In this document: piece after piece, positions 1-10,345 of the stretch
How positions within the stretch are numbered: position 1 is the stretch's first letter
How the letters are laid out: every line of letters starts with the position of its first letter
NCBI GenBank assembly: GCA_963804085.1
Contig: CAWDOQ010000008.1
Coordinates: 1 to 54,227, forward strand
Direction: 5' to 3'
From: Chlamydiia bacterium
GTDB lineage: Bacteria > Chlamydiota > Chlamydiia > Chlamydiales > Rhabdochlamydiaceae
DNA: 54,227 nucleotides
Made by a program: the position numbers and the translations under genes
The notes under the pieces: model-generated
Told to the model about the DNA's origin: nothing
The model's input: only the letters and a program-made list of their open reading frames with translations
Database searches by the model: none

Positions 1-1
1 G

Positions 2-874
2 CTACGCCGCGTGGCATGAGACATTCAGACGGAAGAGACCGCGCTCGAGCAGTAGATGCTCATTCGCACGCTTTTTGACAGCAACGGTTAAGAAAAAGGG
101 ATGGCTGTTCATCCGTGCAGGTAGAAGATAGCTTTTACGGAGCTCTTCTCCTTTAGGACAATCGAGTGTGAGATACCAGACGCGCTCCATTTCTGGCCAT
201 AGAGCAGGCTCAAGTGAAAAGCAGCCTGTCACCGTAAATGCGATCTCTTGACCCTCTTCAAACTTTTCTTTAAAACCTCTTCGCGTAGCGTATTCTTTGG
301 GCAGAACAAGAGCAATTCTTGTGCCTGATGCTACCTTCTCTATTCCTTTTTCGTGTCCTCTTTCGTGTCCTTTTTCGCGTATGTAGGGGAGTATCTGTTC
401 GACTATTTTTTCTTCGACTTCTAAGTAGATCAAGCCTGTGCTGTTTTGACGCACCCTTCCCGTTATCGCGAGCGAGGGAAGTGCGCGCAAGAGATGAGGG
501 CATGATTCTCGCGCGCCCTCTTGGATCTCTCTTAGCAAACAAGGGGGTGTGTAGGCGGGCTCATCCTCACCTGTTCCCTCTGGATGAAAGACCAGGGCAG
601 GAGGGTAGGTATGGAAGGGAGGTTCGGGAAGGAGAGGCACCTGCAGAGCGCGAGGAGGAAAGAGCGAGGAGAGAAGAGAGGAGGCTCTTGGAGAGACAAG
701 AGTAGAGAGCGCATCTAAGCAGAGCCTGCTCAATTTGTAGAGGAAAGAGGGAGGGGTTTCTAGGCTATCTAAAAAAGGGGTGAGGCAAGAGGTCTTGACG
801 CGCACAGCCAGTACGGCCAACGGAATGGGCATTAATTCGTGCGGAGTGATATTAAAAGTGATTTTGTTGCTCAT
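2..874 (-). CDS. Hypothetical protein with a C-terminal degenerate 2H-phosphoesterase-like domain
   Basis: 290-aa ORF. The C-terminal half (GLIYLEVEEKIV...GTRIALV...ERVWYLTLDCPKGEELRKSYLL...HPFFLTVAVK) follows the layout of 2H domains, but both HxS/T motifs are substituted. Confidence 0.5.
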   Translation of the reverse strand: MSNKITFNITPHELMPIPLAVLAVRVKTSCLTPFLDSLETPPSFLYKLSRLCLDALSTLVSPRASSLLSSLFPPRALQVPLLPEPPFHTYPPALVFHPEGTGEDEPAYTPPCLLREIQEGARESCPHLLRALPSLAITGRVRQNSTGLIYLEVEEKIVEQILPYIREKGHERGHEKGIEKVASGTRIALVLPKEYATRRGFKEKFEEGQEIAFTVTGCFSLEPALWPEMERVWYLTLDCPKGEELRKSYLLPARMNSHPFFLTVAVKKRANEHLLLERGLFRLNVSCHAA

Positions 875-1027
875 AATAAAGTAAAAATTATAACAAATTT
901 ACGATTAATGTAGCAGGATTAAAATAATTAGTTTACATTCTTAACTCCTTTAAAATCAGCTTGCTTGATATGCAGAAAATATTTTATACCTTGTTTTAGA
1001 GTCAAAACTCACTTTTAAGGAGTATCT

Positions 1028-1607
1028 ATGATGAAGAAAACGTTGGTGAAAGCAGCCGTTTTAGGCGGTATTGCAGTATTCGTTTGGAGCATGGTCTCCT
1101 GGATGGCGCTTCCATGGCACAAAATGTGCATGCACAAGTTTAAGGATCAAGAAGAGGTAGCTCGAGTGATCCAAGAGAATTCGACCAAGAGCGGGGTATA
1201 TGTAGTGCCCAATATGCTGTTCTCATAAATCTGGCATGTCAAAAGAAGATAAGCAGAAGGAGATGAGCCATAACAAAGAGATGATGCATAGAGGTCCTTT
1301 TGTCTTTGCTATTGTGACAAAAGAGGGAATGAAAGGCGATATGACAGCTCAGATGTTTATCGCTCTTATTATCCAGATCGTCAGCGCGTATCTTATTGCT
1401 TGGATGCTCACAATGACAAAAGCTGCGAGCTTTATCAGACAGGTAGGCTATGTCGTTATGTTTGGCTTAATCGCTGGACTTTTGGCTGTGCTTCCTAACT
1501 GGAACTGGTGGGGTCTTCCATTCGGAGCCGCATTTGTCCACGTACTAGATCTCGTTATCGGCTGGTTCTTCGGCGGTTTAGTAATTGTTAAACTAATGAA
1601 GAGATAG
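1028..1607 (+). CDS. Multi-pass membrane protein split by one frameshift near 1212-1216
   Basis: AAGGAG RBS upstream. ORFs 1028..1228 and 1236..1607 join through the alternative frame CCSHKSGMSKEDK. Several hydrophobic helices. Confidence 0.7.
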
Positions 1608-1624
1608 TCGTCGTTTTTTCCTAC

Positions 1625-1656
1625 AGAGCGCTTCTTCCCGAAGCGCTCTTTTTTTT
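1625..1656 (+). terminator. Rho-independent terminator
   Basis: AGAGCGCTTC-ttccc-GAAGCGCTCT hairpin followed by a T-run, just after the 1607 stop. Confidence 0.85.
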
Positions 1657-1960
1657 AGAAAAATCAGTGAAATTTTCTCAAGTTGCTTCCCCGCACATAT
1701 GTCGGGAGACGGGCGATTCTCGTCCCGCCCCCCTGCTAGCCCCCTTGCGCCTCACCTCGCTGTGCCAAATCGTGTCCTCGTCGGGGGGCCGTGTATAACA
1801 CGGCACCGCCACGCGCTTTCGCGCTCTCCTGCGGTACAATTTTGCCGTGCGATCTGAGTCGAATGGCTGCTCGGCGCATTCCTTCCCCACTCCTTCGTCG
1901 CAGGGCCCCTTCCATGTCGGCTCGCAGAGCCTATCAATGCTGTATGCACGCTTGATGTCT

Positions 1961-2078
1961 TAACCACGCAGTGGTTATTTGCCACGAAGTGGCTACAGAG
2001 TGTTAGCCGTGGGTGACCGAAGAGGGAACCCACGGTGCAAATGTCTCATGAAATCGAGCCACGCAAGTGGCGGCACAA
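1961..2078. repeat. REP-like palindromic element
   Basis: Three CCACG(c/a/ca)AGTGG hairpins plus a CCGTGGGT...ACCCACGG stem; resembles GCC-hairpin/CCGTGGG REP-type elements. Confidence 0.55.
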
Positions 2079-2084
2079 AAATTG

Positions 2085-2173
2085 TATGACCAATTGAGCA
2101 AGCTCTTCTCCGCCCTCGTTCGCATACTCGCTAATGATCTCTAAAGGTTGTCATTCACGATTTCGATGCTCAT
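2085..2173 (-). pseudogene. Truncated third copy of the F-box-like/LRR gene (N-terminus only)
   Basis: Minus strand reads MSIEIVNDNL(fs)EIISEYANEGGEELAQLV, homologous to MSITALNDNLLEMIGAYASGSAEELAHV, behind the same AGGAGATAAG-ATG junction. Confidence 0.65.
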
Positions 2174-3508
2174 CTTATCTCCTGCAAACAAGTCCAAGCC
2201 CAGCTAGCAAAAGCCGCGACTTGCTGCGCCACCCAGCTCCAGCAAGCATAAAACCTTCTACCATCTGCTGATAGAGCGACGGTGGAGAAGCTTGGAGCTC
2301 TGGCTCCTCCTCAGGAGTGCGACAGCTGCCCAATGTAGGCGAGGGGAGCACCTGCGCATTTTGGATCACCTTGTTATCGCGAATAGCTGCAATGGAAGAA
2401 GTTTTGAGCTCCTTTGGCACAAACTGGATGGGGTTGTTGTTGAGAAATAGCCATTGTAGCTGAGCGAGGTTGCCAAGGGATGGTGGGAGCTCCTTGAGCT
2501 GGTTCTTGCTGAGCTTTAGCGATTGTAGCTGAGCGAGCTTGCCAAGGGATGCGGGGAGCTCCATGAGCTGGTTGTTCTGAGCCATAGCACTTCTAGCTTA
2601 GCGAGGCTGCCAAGGGATGCTGGGAGCTCCCTGATCTGGTTCCCGTTGAGATATAGCATTTCTAGCTGAGCGAGGTTGCCAAGAGATGCGGGAAGCTCCT
2701 TGAGTTGGTTGTCGTAAGATCTAACTCTCGTAGCTGAGCAAGGTTGCCAAGGATTGGGCAGCTCCTTTAGCTGGTTGTTGTGTGAGATTTAGCGCTTGCA
2801 GCTGAGCGAGGTTGCCAAGGGATGCGGGGAGCTCCTTGAGCTGGTTGCTACTGAGATGTAGCACTCCTAACTTAGCGAGATTGCCCAGAGATGCGGGGAG
2901 CTCCTTGAGCTGGTTGTTCCTGAGATCTAGCATTTCCACATGTGTAAAAAGAGAGATTTGATCTGGCAGAATTTTAAGACTAGATTTAATAAGACTTAAC
3001 CGCGTTACACCATTTAACAGAGCGCTATTTGCAGTGAGCCATGCACCGATGGCTTCTGCCCGCTCTACTTCGGTACCCGTAAGGGTATTTAAAAATGCTT
3101 GTGCGGGGGCAACCTGCTCTGCCACCTCACGAAAGAAGATGAGCATGCTGGATGCTTTTTGTTGCGCGGTCCAGTTAGCAAGAGTGGTAAGTCTTGTGCT
3201 CTCTAAGCTGGCTGCAGGCCAGCCTAAAGAGACAAGATACTCATCTCCGCCTGCGATAGCGCGCACCCCTTGCACGATCCTGCGGAAGAGGGCGGGAAGG
3301 GGCGCTGCTTTTTGTGCACCGCTGCGACTTCTCTTTGGAGAGCAGGCGTTTGCCCATAAGCAGCTAGTAAATGCGGATGGATTTTTGTGTAAGCGACGCG
3401 CTTAAAAGCCTTGCTCGTGCAGGTGACATGCGCCAGCTCCTCGGCGCTCCCGCTTGCATATGCGCCAATCATCTCTAAAAGATTGTCGTTTAACGCTGTT
3501 ATGCTCAT
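2170..3508 (-). CDS. F-box-like + leucine-rich-repeat protein, copy B (about 8 LRRs; several frameshifts)
   Basis: Fragments 3224..3532, 2721..3275 and 2175..2585; 23-aa repeats LxxLxLxxNQLKELPASLGNL; F-box-like N-terminus. Confidence 0.8.
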
Positions 3509-4575
3509 CTTATCTCCTGCAAACAAGTCCAAGCCCAGCTAGCAAAAGCCGCGACCTGCTGCGCCACCCAGCTCCAGCAAGCATAAAACCCTTCTACTAT
3601 CTGCTGATAGGGCGACGGTGGAGAAGCTTGGAACTCTGGCTCCTCCTCGGGAGTGCGACAGCTGCCCAATGTAGGCGAGGGGAGCACCTGCGCATTTTTG
3701 ATCACCTTGTTATTGCGAATAGCTGCAATAGAAGAAGTTTTGAGCTCCTTTGGCACAAACTGGATGGGGTTGTTTTTGAGATATAGCTGCTTTAGCTCAG
3801 CGAGGTTGCCAAGGAATACTGGGAGCTCCTTGAGCTGGTTGGCCGCGAGATCTAGATCCTCTAGCTGAGCGAGGTTGCCAAGGGATGCGGGCAGCTCCTT
3901 TAGCTGGTTGTCGCTGAGCCATAGCGTTTCTAGCTGAGCGAGGTTGCCGAGAGATGTGGGCAGCTCCTTTAGCTGGTTCGCGCTGAGATCTAGCCTCTTA
4001 GCAAAATGTTGTAAAAAGAGAGATCTGATCTGGCAGAATTTTAAGACCAAACATACAAAGGTCTAGCCCCGTTACACCATTTAGCAGAGCTCTATTTGCA
4101 GTGAGCCATGCACCGATGGCTTCTGCCTGCTCTATTTCGTTACCCGTGAGGGTATTTAAAAATGCTTGTGCGGGGGCAACCTCCTCTGCGACTTTACGAA
4201 AAAGATCAGCATGCTGTGTGCTTTTTCTTGCGCGGTCCAGTTAGCAAGAGCGGTAAGTCTTGTGCTCTGTAAGCTGGCTGCAGGCCAGCCTAAAGAGACA
4301 AGATACTCATCTCCACCTGCGATAGCGCGTACGCCTTGGACGATTCTGCGGAAGAGGGCGGGAAGAGGCGTTGTTTCTTGCTGCACCGCTGCGACTTCTC
4401 TTTGGAGAGCAGGCATCCTCCCATAAGCAGCTAGTAAATGCGGATGAATTTTTGTGTAAGCGACGTGTTTAAAAGCCTTGCTTGTGCGGGTGACGTGCGC
4501 AAGCTCCTCGGCGCTCCCGCTCGCATATGTCCCAATCATCTCTAAAAGATTGTCGTTTAATGCTTTTATGCTCAC
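3505..4575 (-). CDS. F-box-like + leucine-rich-repeat protein, copy A (about 4 LRRs; frameshifted)
   Basis: Fragments 4156..4575 and 3505..4050, near-identical to copy B at both ends; its stop overlaps the copy B start (ATGA at 3505-3508). Confidence 0.8.
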
Positions 4576-4722
4576 TTTAACTCTCTGTGAATTTGGGCAT
4601 TAATATTAACAAAAATTTCCATTATTTCGAAGAAAAGTGATTTTTATTAGTATTATTTGCAATTAAAAATTTAATTATTTTGTTGTGGTGAGAGCGATTT
4701 GAAACGAAGCATTCATTCTTAA

Positions 4723-4826
4723 GAAATGCAAAAGTCAGAATGCAGAATGCAAAACTGAAGAAAACTAAGAGAAAATCTATTTGAATCTCTTCACTTTTGC
4801 ATTCTGCATTCTGACTTTTGCATTTC
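4723..4826. repeat. Inverted-repeat element built from heptamers (AATGCAG/AATGCAA/AAGTCAG)
   Basis: GAAATGCAAAAGTCAGAATGCAGAATGCAAAA (4723-4754) and its exact reverse complement (4795-4826). Confidence 0.85.
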
Positions 4827-6128
4827 CCCAAGAAGCGTCTGGTGGTTGTAGCCGGAGATTTTAACTTGTTGGAGGGTGCCGATGAGGTTGCTCTCGCCCG
4901 AGAAGAGGACGTTTTTCCAGCAGCGGGTCCTGCCTTTTAGATGCTGCTCATCTTTGTTGCGGCCTTCGACGAGTACTTCTACTGTCTCGCCTAGCATCTC
5001 TTGACGCTCCTCTTTGCAGATCTCTTGGTACAAAGAGAGGAGTCTTTGGAGGCGGTCTTGCTTCACCTCTTCGGGGATATCATCTTGCCAGCGGAAGGCG
5101 GGAGTGCCTTTGCGTGGGCTGTAGGCAAAGAGAAAGCCCACGGAGTAGCGTATCTCTTTGAAGAGGGAGTAGGTCATCTGAAACTCCTCTTCTGTCTCGG
5201 TCGGAAAGCCAACGATGATGTCTGTACCGAGCGCCACATTGGGGACTATCTTGCGCAGGAGTGCTACCTTTTCTAGGTACTGCTCAACTGTATAGATGCG
5301 GTGCATCTTCTTTAAGATGCGATTGGAGCCGGCTTGCAGAGGGAAGTGGACAAATTCGCAAGCGGATGGCAGATCGCGGATCGCTTGCATGAGTTCTACC
5401 GTGATGTCTACGGGGTGGCTGGTCATGAAACGGACTCTTTCAAGGCCGGGGATCTTATCTAAGCGGTAGAGCAGGTCGTGAAAAAGGGTGTTCCATTCGG
5501 GCTTGTCTTTGCCGTAGCTGTTGACGTTTTGGCCGAGGAGGGTGATCTCTTTGTACCCTTTTTGTACGAGAAGTTTGCACTCCTCTTCGATACTCGCAGG
5601 GTCGCGTGAGACCTCTTGGCCGCGTGTGTAGGGGACGACGCAGTAGGTGCAAAACTTGTCGCACCCGCGGATGATTGAGACGTAAGCTTTAACGGGGTCC
5701 TCTCGCTTGGCGCTTAGGTAGTCGAGGTTCTCTTCAAACTGGTCTTCGGTGCGCAGGACCTGGCGCCCTGTTTGTAAAACCTCATCTAAAACGGCAGAAA
5801 GATCGCTGATATTGTTGGTGCCGATCACAAAGTCGATATGGGGCAGCTTGCGGAAGAGGGACTCTTTTTTGGCCATCGCCATGCATCCGGTGACCCCAAT
5901 AATCGATTTTTTATGGCGCGATCTTCCGAGCTGGCCTAGCTTGCCCATCACTTTACGCTCGGCAAGGTCGCGGATCGAGCAGGTGTTAAAGATCAGAAGA
6001 TCCGCATTCTCCTCTTCTTCAATGCGCTTTAGGCCGCGCTTTTCCAGCGCCCCTATCATGATCTCCGAGTCCAGCTCGTTCATCTGGCAGCCATAGGTAC
6101 GGAAAAAAAAGGTTTTTAAGTCTGGCAT
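4791..6128 (-). CDS. miaB: tRNA-2-methylthio-N6-dimethylallyladenosine synthase MiaB
   Basis: TYGCQMN, NTCSIR, GVTGCMA, radical-SAM GCDKFCTYCVVP, TDIIVGFP; start moved to the ATG at 6128. Confidence 0.96.
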   Translation of the reverse strand: MPDLKTFFFRTYGCQMNELDSEIMIGALEKRGLKRIEEEENADLLIFNTCSIRDLAERKVMGKLGQLGRSRHKKSIIGVTGCMAMAKKESLFRKLPHIDFVIGTNNISDLSAVLDEVLQTGRQVLRTEDQFEENLDYLSAKREDPVKAYVSIIRGCDKFCTYCVVPYTRGQEVSRDPASIEEECKLLVQKGYKEITLLGQNVNSYGKDKPEWNTLFHDLLYRLDKIPGLERVRFMTSHPVDITVELMQAIRDLPSACEFVHFPLQAGSNRILKKMHRIYTVEQYLEKVALLRKIVPNVALGTDIIVGFPTETEEEFQMTYSLFKEIRYSVGFLFAYSPRKGTPAFRWQDDIPEEVKQDRLQRLLSLYQEICKEERQEMLGETVEVLVEGRNKDEQHLKGRTRCWKNVLFSGESNLIGTLQQVKISGYNHQTLLGEMQKSECRMQK

Positions 6129-6262
6129 AGTAAAAATTTTACAGTTTTGCAATAGTCTATCTGAATAGGAGAGCTTTTGGCAAGAAGAGTACAAAATTCT
6201 TGGCAAAAAAATAGGGAGATGCGTATGCTTCAGCTTTCTAATTTTATGTAGGCAGTCAATCC

Positions 6263-6715
6263 ATGACTTTACAAAAGAAAAATAAAACAACGCTTCTCAC
6301 AAAAGAGCAGGCTCTCTCCGGCCGTAAATGGTTTCTATTGGATGCTTCAGGCAAGACGCTTGGCCGTTTTGCTTCAGAGGTCGCCAAGATTCTTCGCGGC
6401 AAACATAAGACAAACTTCACCCCGCACGTCGATGCAGGGGATGGGGTAATCATTATCAATGCCGAAAAGATCGAAGTTACCGGTGCTAAAGAAGCACAAA
6501 AGGTGTACCACTACCATACCGGTGCGATGAGCGGTATGCGCGAAGTTCCTTATCGTGTTATGAAAGCGCGCAAACCAGAATACATTCTGCGCCACGCGGT
6601 AAAAGGGATGATGCCTAAAACAAGACTGACTGAAGCTCAGATGAAGAAATTGCGTATTTTTGCGGGCGACCAACATGGAATGGAAGCGCAAAGGCCCCTC
6701 GCTGTAACGGTTTAA
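6263..6715 (+). CDS. rplM: 50S ribosomal protein L13
   Basis: WFLLDASGKTLGR...LRGKHK...PHVDAGD...VKGMMPK. Confidence 0.98.
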   Translation: MTLQKKNKTTLLTKEQALSGRKWFLLDASGKTLGRFASEVAKILRGKHKTNFTPHVDAGDGVIIINAEKIEVTGAKEAQKVYHYHTGAMSGMREVPYRVMKARKPEYILRHAVKGMMPKTRLTEAQMKKLRIFAGDQHGMEAQRPLAVTV

Positions 6716-6732
6716 CACTCACTTAAGGGTTT

Positions 6733-7122
6733 ATGGAAAAAGAAAATCTCGGAACAGGAAGAAGAAAAACAGCCGTTGCCTCTGTTAGGCTCCGTCCAGG
6801 CACAGGTAAAATTGATGTGAACGGGCGCAAGTTTGAAGAGTACTTTCCGTTAGCACTTCAACGCCGCACTATCTTAGCTCCCATCGAAAAATTCTCCTCT
6901 TTTGAGAAGTATGACATCATCATCCGAGTCAAAGGCGGAGGGCTGCAAGGCCAAGCGATCGCCTCTCGTCTCGGTATTTCGCGTGCGCTAGTTCAAGAAG
7001 AAGAGGCTCGCAGACACGATCTGAAAGTGGCTCACTTCTTAACTCGTGACCCACGTAAGCGCGAGCGCAAGAAGTATGGTCTTGCCGGTGCTCGTAAACG
7101 CTTCCAATACTCCAAGCGTTAA
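6733..7122 (+). CDS. rpsI: 30S ribosomal protein S9
   Basis: [10 protein letters not shown]...[14 protein letters not shown]...QYSKR. Confidence 0.98.
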   Translation: MEKENLGTGRRKTAVASVRLRPGTGKIDVNGRKFEEYFPLALQRRTILAPIEKFSSFEKYDIIIRVKGGGLQGQAIASRLGISRALVQEEEARRHDLKVAHFLTRDPRKRERKKYGLAGARKRFQYSKR

Positions 7123-7127
7123 CGCTT

Positions 7128-7250
7128 CTTATGTGGAGTGCGGCGACTCGTCGCCGCTTTTCTCCATCGCGACTTGTCGCGATGTCTTTGAAGAGCAGCG
7201 ACAAGTCGCTGTCTAACAAAGCGGTGACAAGTCACCGCACTCCATACAAG
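7128..7250. repeat. REP-like palindromic element
   Basis: TGGAGTGCGGCGACTCGTCGCCGCTTT ... AAAGCGGTGACAAGTCACCGCACTCCA, with two inner GCGACWWGTCGC hairpins, between convergent genes. Confidence 0.8.
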
Positions 7251-7278
7251 AAGGATCAAGTCTTACCTCTAACACGCT

Positions 7279-8120
7279 TCAAAGCAACTTTTCTTTGCAC
7301 TCTTCTCCAATTTCAGGAAAGTGCTTAAAAACCCACTCTTGCAGGTTATTTGAAAGTCGCTCGAGCTCCCGCTCTGGCATCTCTTTTTTGTACACAAGGC
7401 GTCCGATATCGATCTGAAGGGCTTCATTCCCACAAAAGCCATAGTTAATGCTGAAGCATTGCCTCTCGTCAGTAAACCCCTTTTCTGTCCGTTTAGCGAG
7501 TAGCTCGTAGAGTTTTATGACTGCTTGGACTGCATCTTGGCGCTTACCTTGCTTCAAAAGAGAGGCTATTCTTTCCGGGACGAGATCGACCCTCTTTTGT
7601 AGGATAAACGGGGTTTTAGCCAGGTCCACCTCATAGGTCCAGCCATATTTAGAAGAGATTTTGCACAAAAGAGGTGCTGAAAAGTTGCGCTGGGTGTTGA
7701 CAAAGAGGAGCCCTGTCTCTTCCGCTAACTCTTCTGTGCAGTCTCATAGCGCACGCAGCTATCAATAAATTTTCTTATCCACTTTTCTTGGGATCTCTCC
7801 CTTTTGGCAGGCTCGAAACGGCCCCATCCAAAAACGCAAGACAGGATTCCCTCTTTTTTCCAGTTTTTAAAGCGTCTATGCTCTTTTTTGAAGAGTTTGA
7901 TCACACAGCTTTTATCCGTGCTTTCAAATGCAAAGCATTGCGCTCCCTCTCCGATGTAGTGAAAGGGCTTTTGCAGCAAGGCTTGAACCTCTCGAGGAGC
8001 CTCTCTTACAGGAAGCTCCAGTTGGATCACATTTTCCGAGGAAAACGAGCTTTTCTGGATGTGCCAAACAAGTTCGCACGCAAGCGGTAAGAGCAGCAGT
8101 AAGAAGAACAATTTTTTCAT
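7279..8120 (-). CDS. Membrane-anchored kinase-like hypothetical protein (frameshift near 7725)
   Basis: MKKLFFLLLLL signal/anchor, FHYIGEGAQCFAFES...VIKLFK, and NYGF...LQIDIGR in the downstream fragment. Confidence 0.55.
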
Positions 8121-8121
8121 C

Positions 8122-9648
8122 TTAAAGATGATAGAGGTGGCGGTACTTATTTTCCAAGTATGCGACAAAAGGTTTTTCGCTAACGGGTGAGCCTGTGATA
8201 CGTATAGCAAGCTGTTCGGCTGTGAACTCTCTTCCATACTGGTAGATATTTTGGTGGAGCCACTCGCGGATAAAGGCGAGCTCTCCTTTTGCGACGCGCT
8301 CCTTCCAGTTGCTATGCACCTTCTCAAAAGCTGCAAAAAACTGCGAAGCGTACAAGTTGCCCAACGTATATGTAGGAAAGTAGCCAAAGCCTCCCATCGA
8401 CCAGTGGACATCTTGCAAACACCCCTCTCCGTGATGAGCCGGGGCAATGCCGAGATAGGCGCGCATTTTGTCATTCCAAGCGTCGGGTATCTCTTTAACC
8501 TTTAAGCTGCCATCGAGCAGCCCCATTTCGATCTCAAAGCGGACGATGATATGAAGGGAATAGGTCACCTCATCCGACTCGGTGCGAATTAGAGAGGGTT
8601 TCACTATGTTGATCGCGCGGTAAAAGTCGTTTAGGGGGACCGCGTTGAAAGATTCGGGAAATTCGCGCTTTAAGTGAGGAAAGAAGTGCTCCCAAAAGGC
8701 TAAGCTGCGACCGATGCGCGTCTCCCACCAGCGCGACTGGCTCTCATCGATTCCAAGCGATGCCGATTCACAGAGCGGGCTGCCATACTCCTCAACGGGC
8801 AGGCCTGCGTTGTAAAGGCCGTGCCCTCCTTCGTGGATCACGGAAAAGATGTTGGAGAGTAGATCGTCCGGATGGATGCGCGTTGTCATGCGCGTGTCGT
8901 TGGGATGCAATCCGGCGCAGAAGGGGTGCACAGTTAAATCTAGGCGGCTAGTCGATTCGTCAAAGCCCATCGCTTTTAAAAGCAGGTGGCCAAACCGCAT
9001 CTGTTTTTCAGCGGCAAAGTGTCCGGATAGGCACTCTTTAGAGATAGGAGGCGTAGATTCGATCCTCTTTAAAAGATCTGTTAGGGCAATTTTAAGCCTG
9101 CCAAAGAGGGGAGTGAGATGGCTAGATCTCATCTCAGGCTCATACAGGTCTAGAAGGGCGTCGTAAGGGTGCTCTTTATATCCTAAGATATCCGCTTTTT
9201 TGCGGCAGAGGGTGACAATCTTGTCGAGGTGGGGCTCGAAAGCGCGAAAGTCATTGTGCTCTTTAGCTTTTGCCCACGCGTGAATTGCGGTGGATGTTGT
9301 TTTAGCAAAGGTCTTGACGAAGGAGGCGGGCAGCTTCACTGTCTTGATGTAATCGCGTCTCCACTCTCTTAGAGCGGCGCACTGCCGCTGAGAGAGCTCT
9401 TTTCCTATAATCTCCCCAGACGGTATATCTATTAGTTTGCCGAGGGCTTTTGCGAAGGAGGCGCTGGTCTTTTGCTTGTGGATTAAGCTTGCGACTAGCT
9501 CGATCTCTTGGGCGCGCACCTCGATCGCCCCTTTGGGCATGTAGGTCTCCTGATCCCAGTCGAGCAGGCCGTGCAAGGATGAGAGGAGAGCCGCCTGTTT
9601 AGAAAGTCCATGGAGCTTGCTATAATCTTTATGGGCCATGAACGTCAC
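8122..9648 (-). CDS. Carboxypeptidase, family M32
   Basis: HPF, HEGGH, ESQS, IRTESDE, GCLQDVHW, GYFPTYTLGN motifs. Confidence 0.95.
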   Translation of the reverse strand: MTFMAHKDYSKLHGLSKQAALLSSLHGLLDWDQETYMPKGAIEVRAQEIELVASLIHKQKTSASFAKALGKLIDIPSGEIIGKELSQRQCAALREWRRDYIKTVKLPASFVKTFAKTTSTAIHAWAKAKEHNDFRAFEPHLDKIVTLCRKKADILGYKEHPYDALLDLYEPEMRSSHLTPLFGRLKIALTDLLKRIESTPPISKECLSGHFAAEKQMRFGHLLLKAMGFDESTSRLDLTVHPFCAGLHPNDTRMTTRIHPDDLLSNIFSVIHEGGHGLYNAGLPVEEYGSPLCESASLGIDESQSRWWETRIGRSLAFWEHFFPHLKREFPESFNAVPLNDFYRAINIVKPSLIRTESDEVTYSLHIIVRFEIEMGLLDGSLKVKEIPDAWNDKMRAYLGIAPAHHGEGCLQDVHWSMGGFGYFPTYTLGNLYASQFFAAFEKVHSNWKERVAKGELAFIREWLHQNIYQYGREFTAEQLAIRITGSPVSEKPFVAYLENKYRHLYHL

Positions 9649-9697
9649 TCTAACACCATCCTTTAAGAAAAATCAACACTTGGGATAATGAAGTGAT

Positions 9698-10345
9698 ATG
9701 ACGTTGAAAGGTGATCGGCTATTAGTTTTGGCGACGTTGGGTGTGGCGATTGTCCTGCTTCTATGGGGAGCGTGGCATCTCTACTCTACAAGGTCTCTGA
9801 GGATCTCATTCGATCTAGGCGATCAGCCTATGCTCGGAAATCCGCATGCACCTGTCGAGATGGTGGTCTTCGAAGAGATGAAGTGTACGGGATGCCAGGA
9901 GTATCAGACGGAAGTCTTCCCTGAGATACGTGCAAAATATATCGATACTGGCAAAGTCAAATATACGACCATAGTCGTCTCCTTTTTGGATAACTCTTTG
10001 CCGGCGAATTTGGCAGCGCTAAGTCTTTATGCGCAAAATAGGGAGTTTTTCTTTCCGTTTATTAGCTACGTCTACGAACATCAGCCCTCAGAAAATGAGG
10101 ATTGGGCTACGCTGGATAGTGTGTGCGAATTTGCTAGCCACATTCCCGGGGTCGATTTAAACCTTTTGCGCACCTCTATTGAGGAGAAGCGCTGTCTAGA
10201 TCTTCTAGACAAGAATTTTGCAATAGGCGAAAAGGCTATGGGAGAGGAGTTTGCAACTCCAGCTGTCTTTGTAGATGGCAGAAGAGTCTATATGCTCTCT
10301 AAAAACGCAATTAGCAAAAAAATAGAGGCGGCGCTCGAGCAATGA
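9698..10345 (+). CDS. DsbA-family thiol:disulfide oxidoreductase
   Basis: N-terminal TM helix, GNPHAPV, CTGC, cis-Pro ATP; adjacent to dsbB. Confidence 0.85.
   Translation: MTLKGDRLLVLATLGVAIVLLLWGAWHLYSTRSLRISFDLGDQPMLGNPHAPVEMVVFEEMKCTGCQEYQTEVFPEIRAKYIDTGKVKYTTIVVSFLDNSLPANLAALSLYAQNREFFFPFISYVYEHQPSENEDWATLDSVCEFASHIPGVDLNLLRTSIEEKRCLDLLDKNFAIGEKAMGEEFATPAVFVDGRRVYMLSKNAISKKIEAALEQ

Noticed and set aside
1680-2080. tmRNA, RNase P or SRP RNA
   Set aside because: No tRNA-like ends, GAGGAAAGTCC motif or SRP loop found on either strand; kept only as an unexplained region.
2430-4000. 69-bp periodic constant/variable pattern resembling a CRISPR array
   Set aside because: The period is exactly 23 codons and translates to LRRs; repeats are degenerate and no cas genes are present.
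2170-4575. Diversity-generating retroelement behind LRR variability
   Set aside because: No reverse transcriptase in the window, and I saw no template/variable repeat pair with adenine-specific differences.
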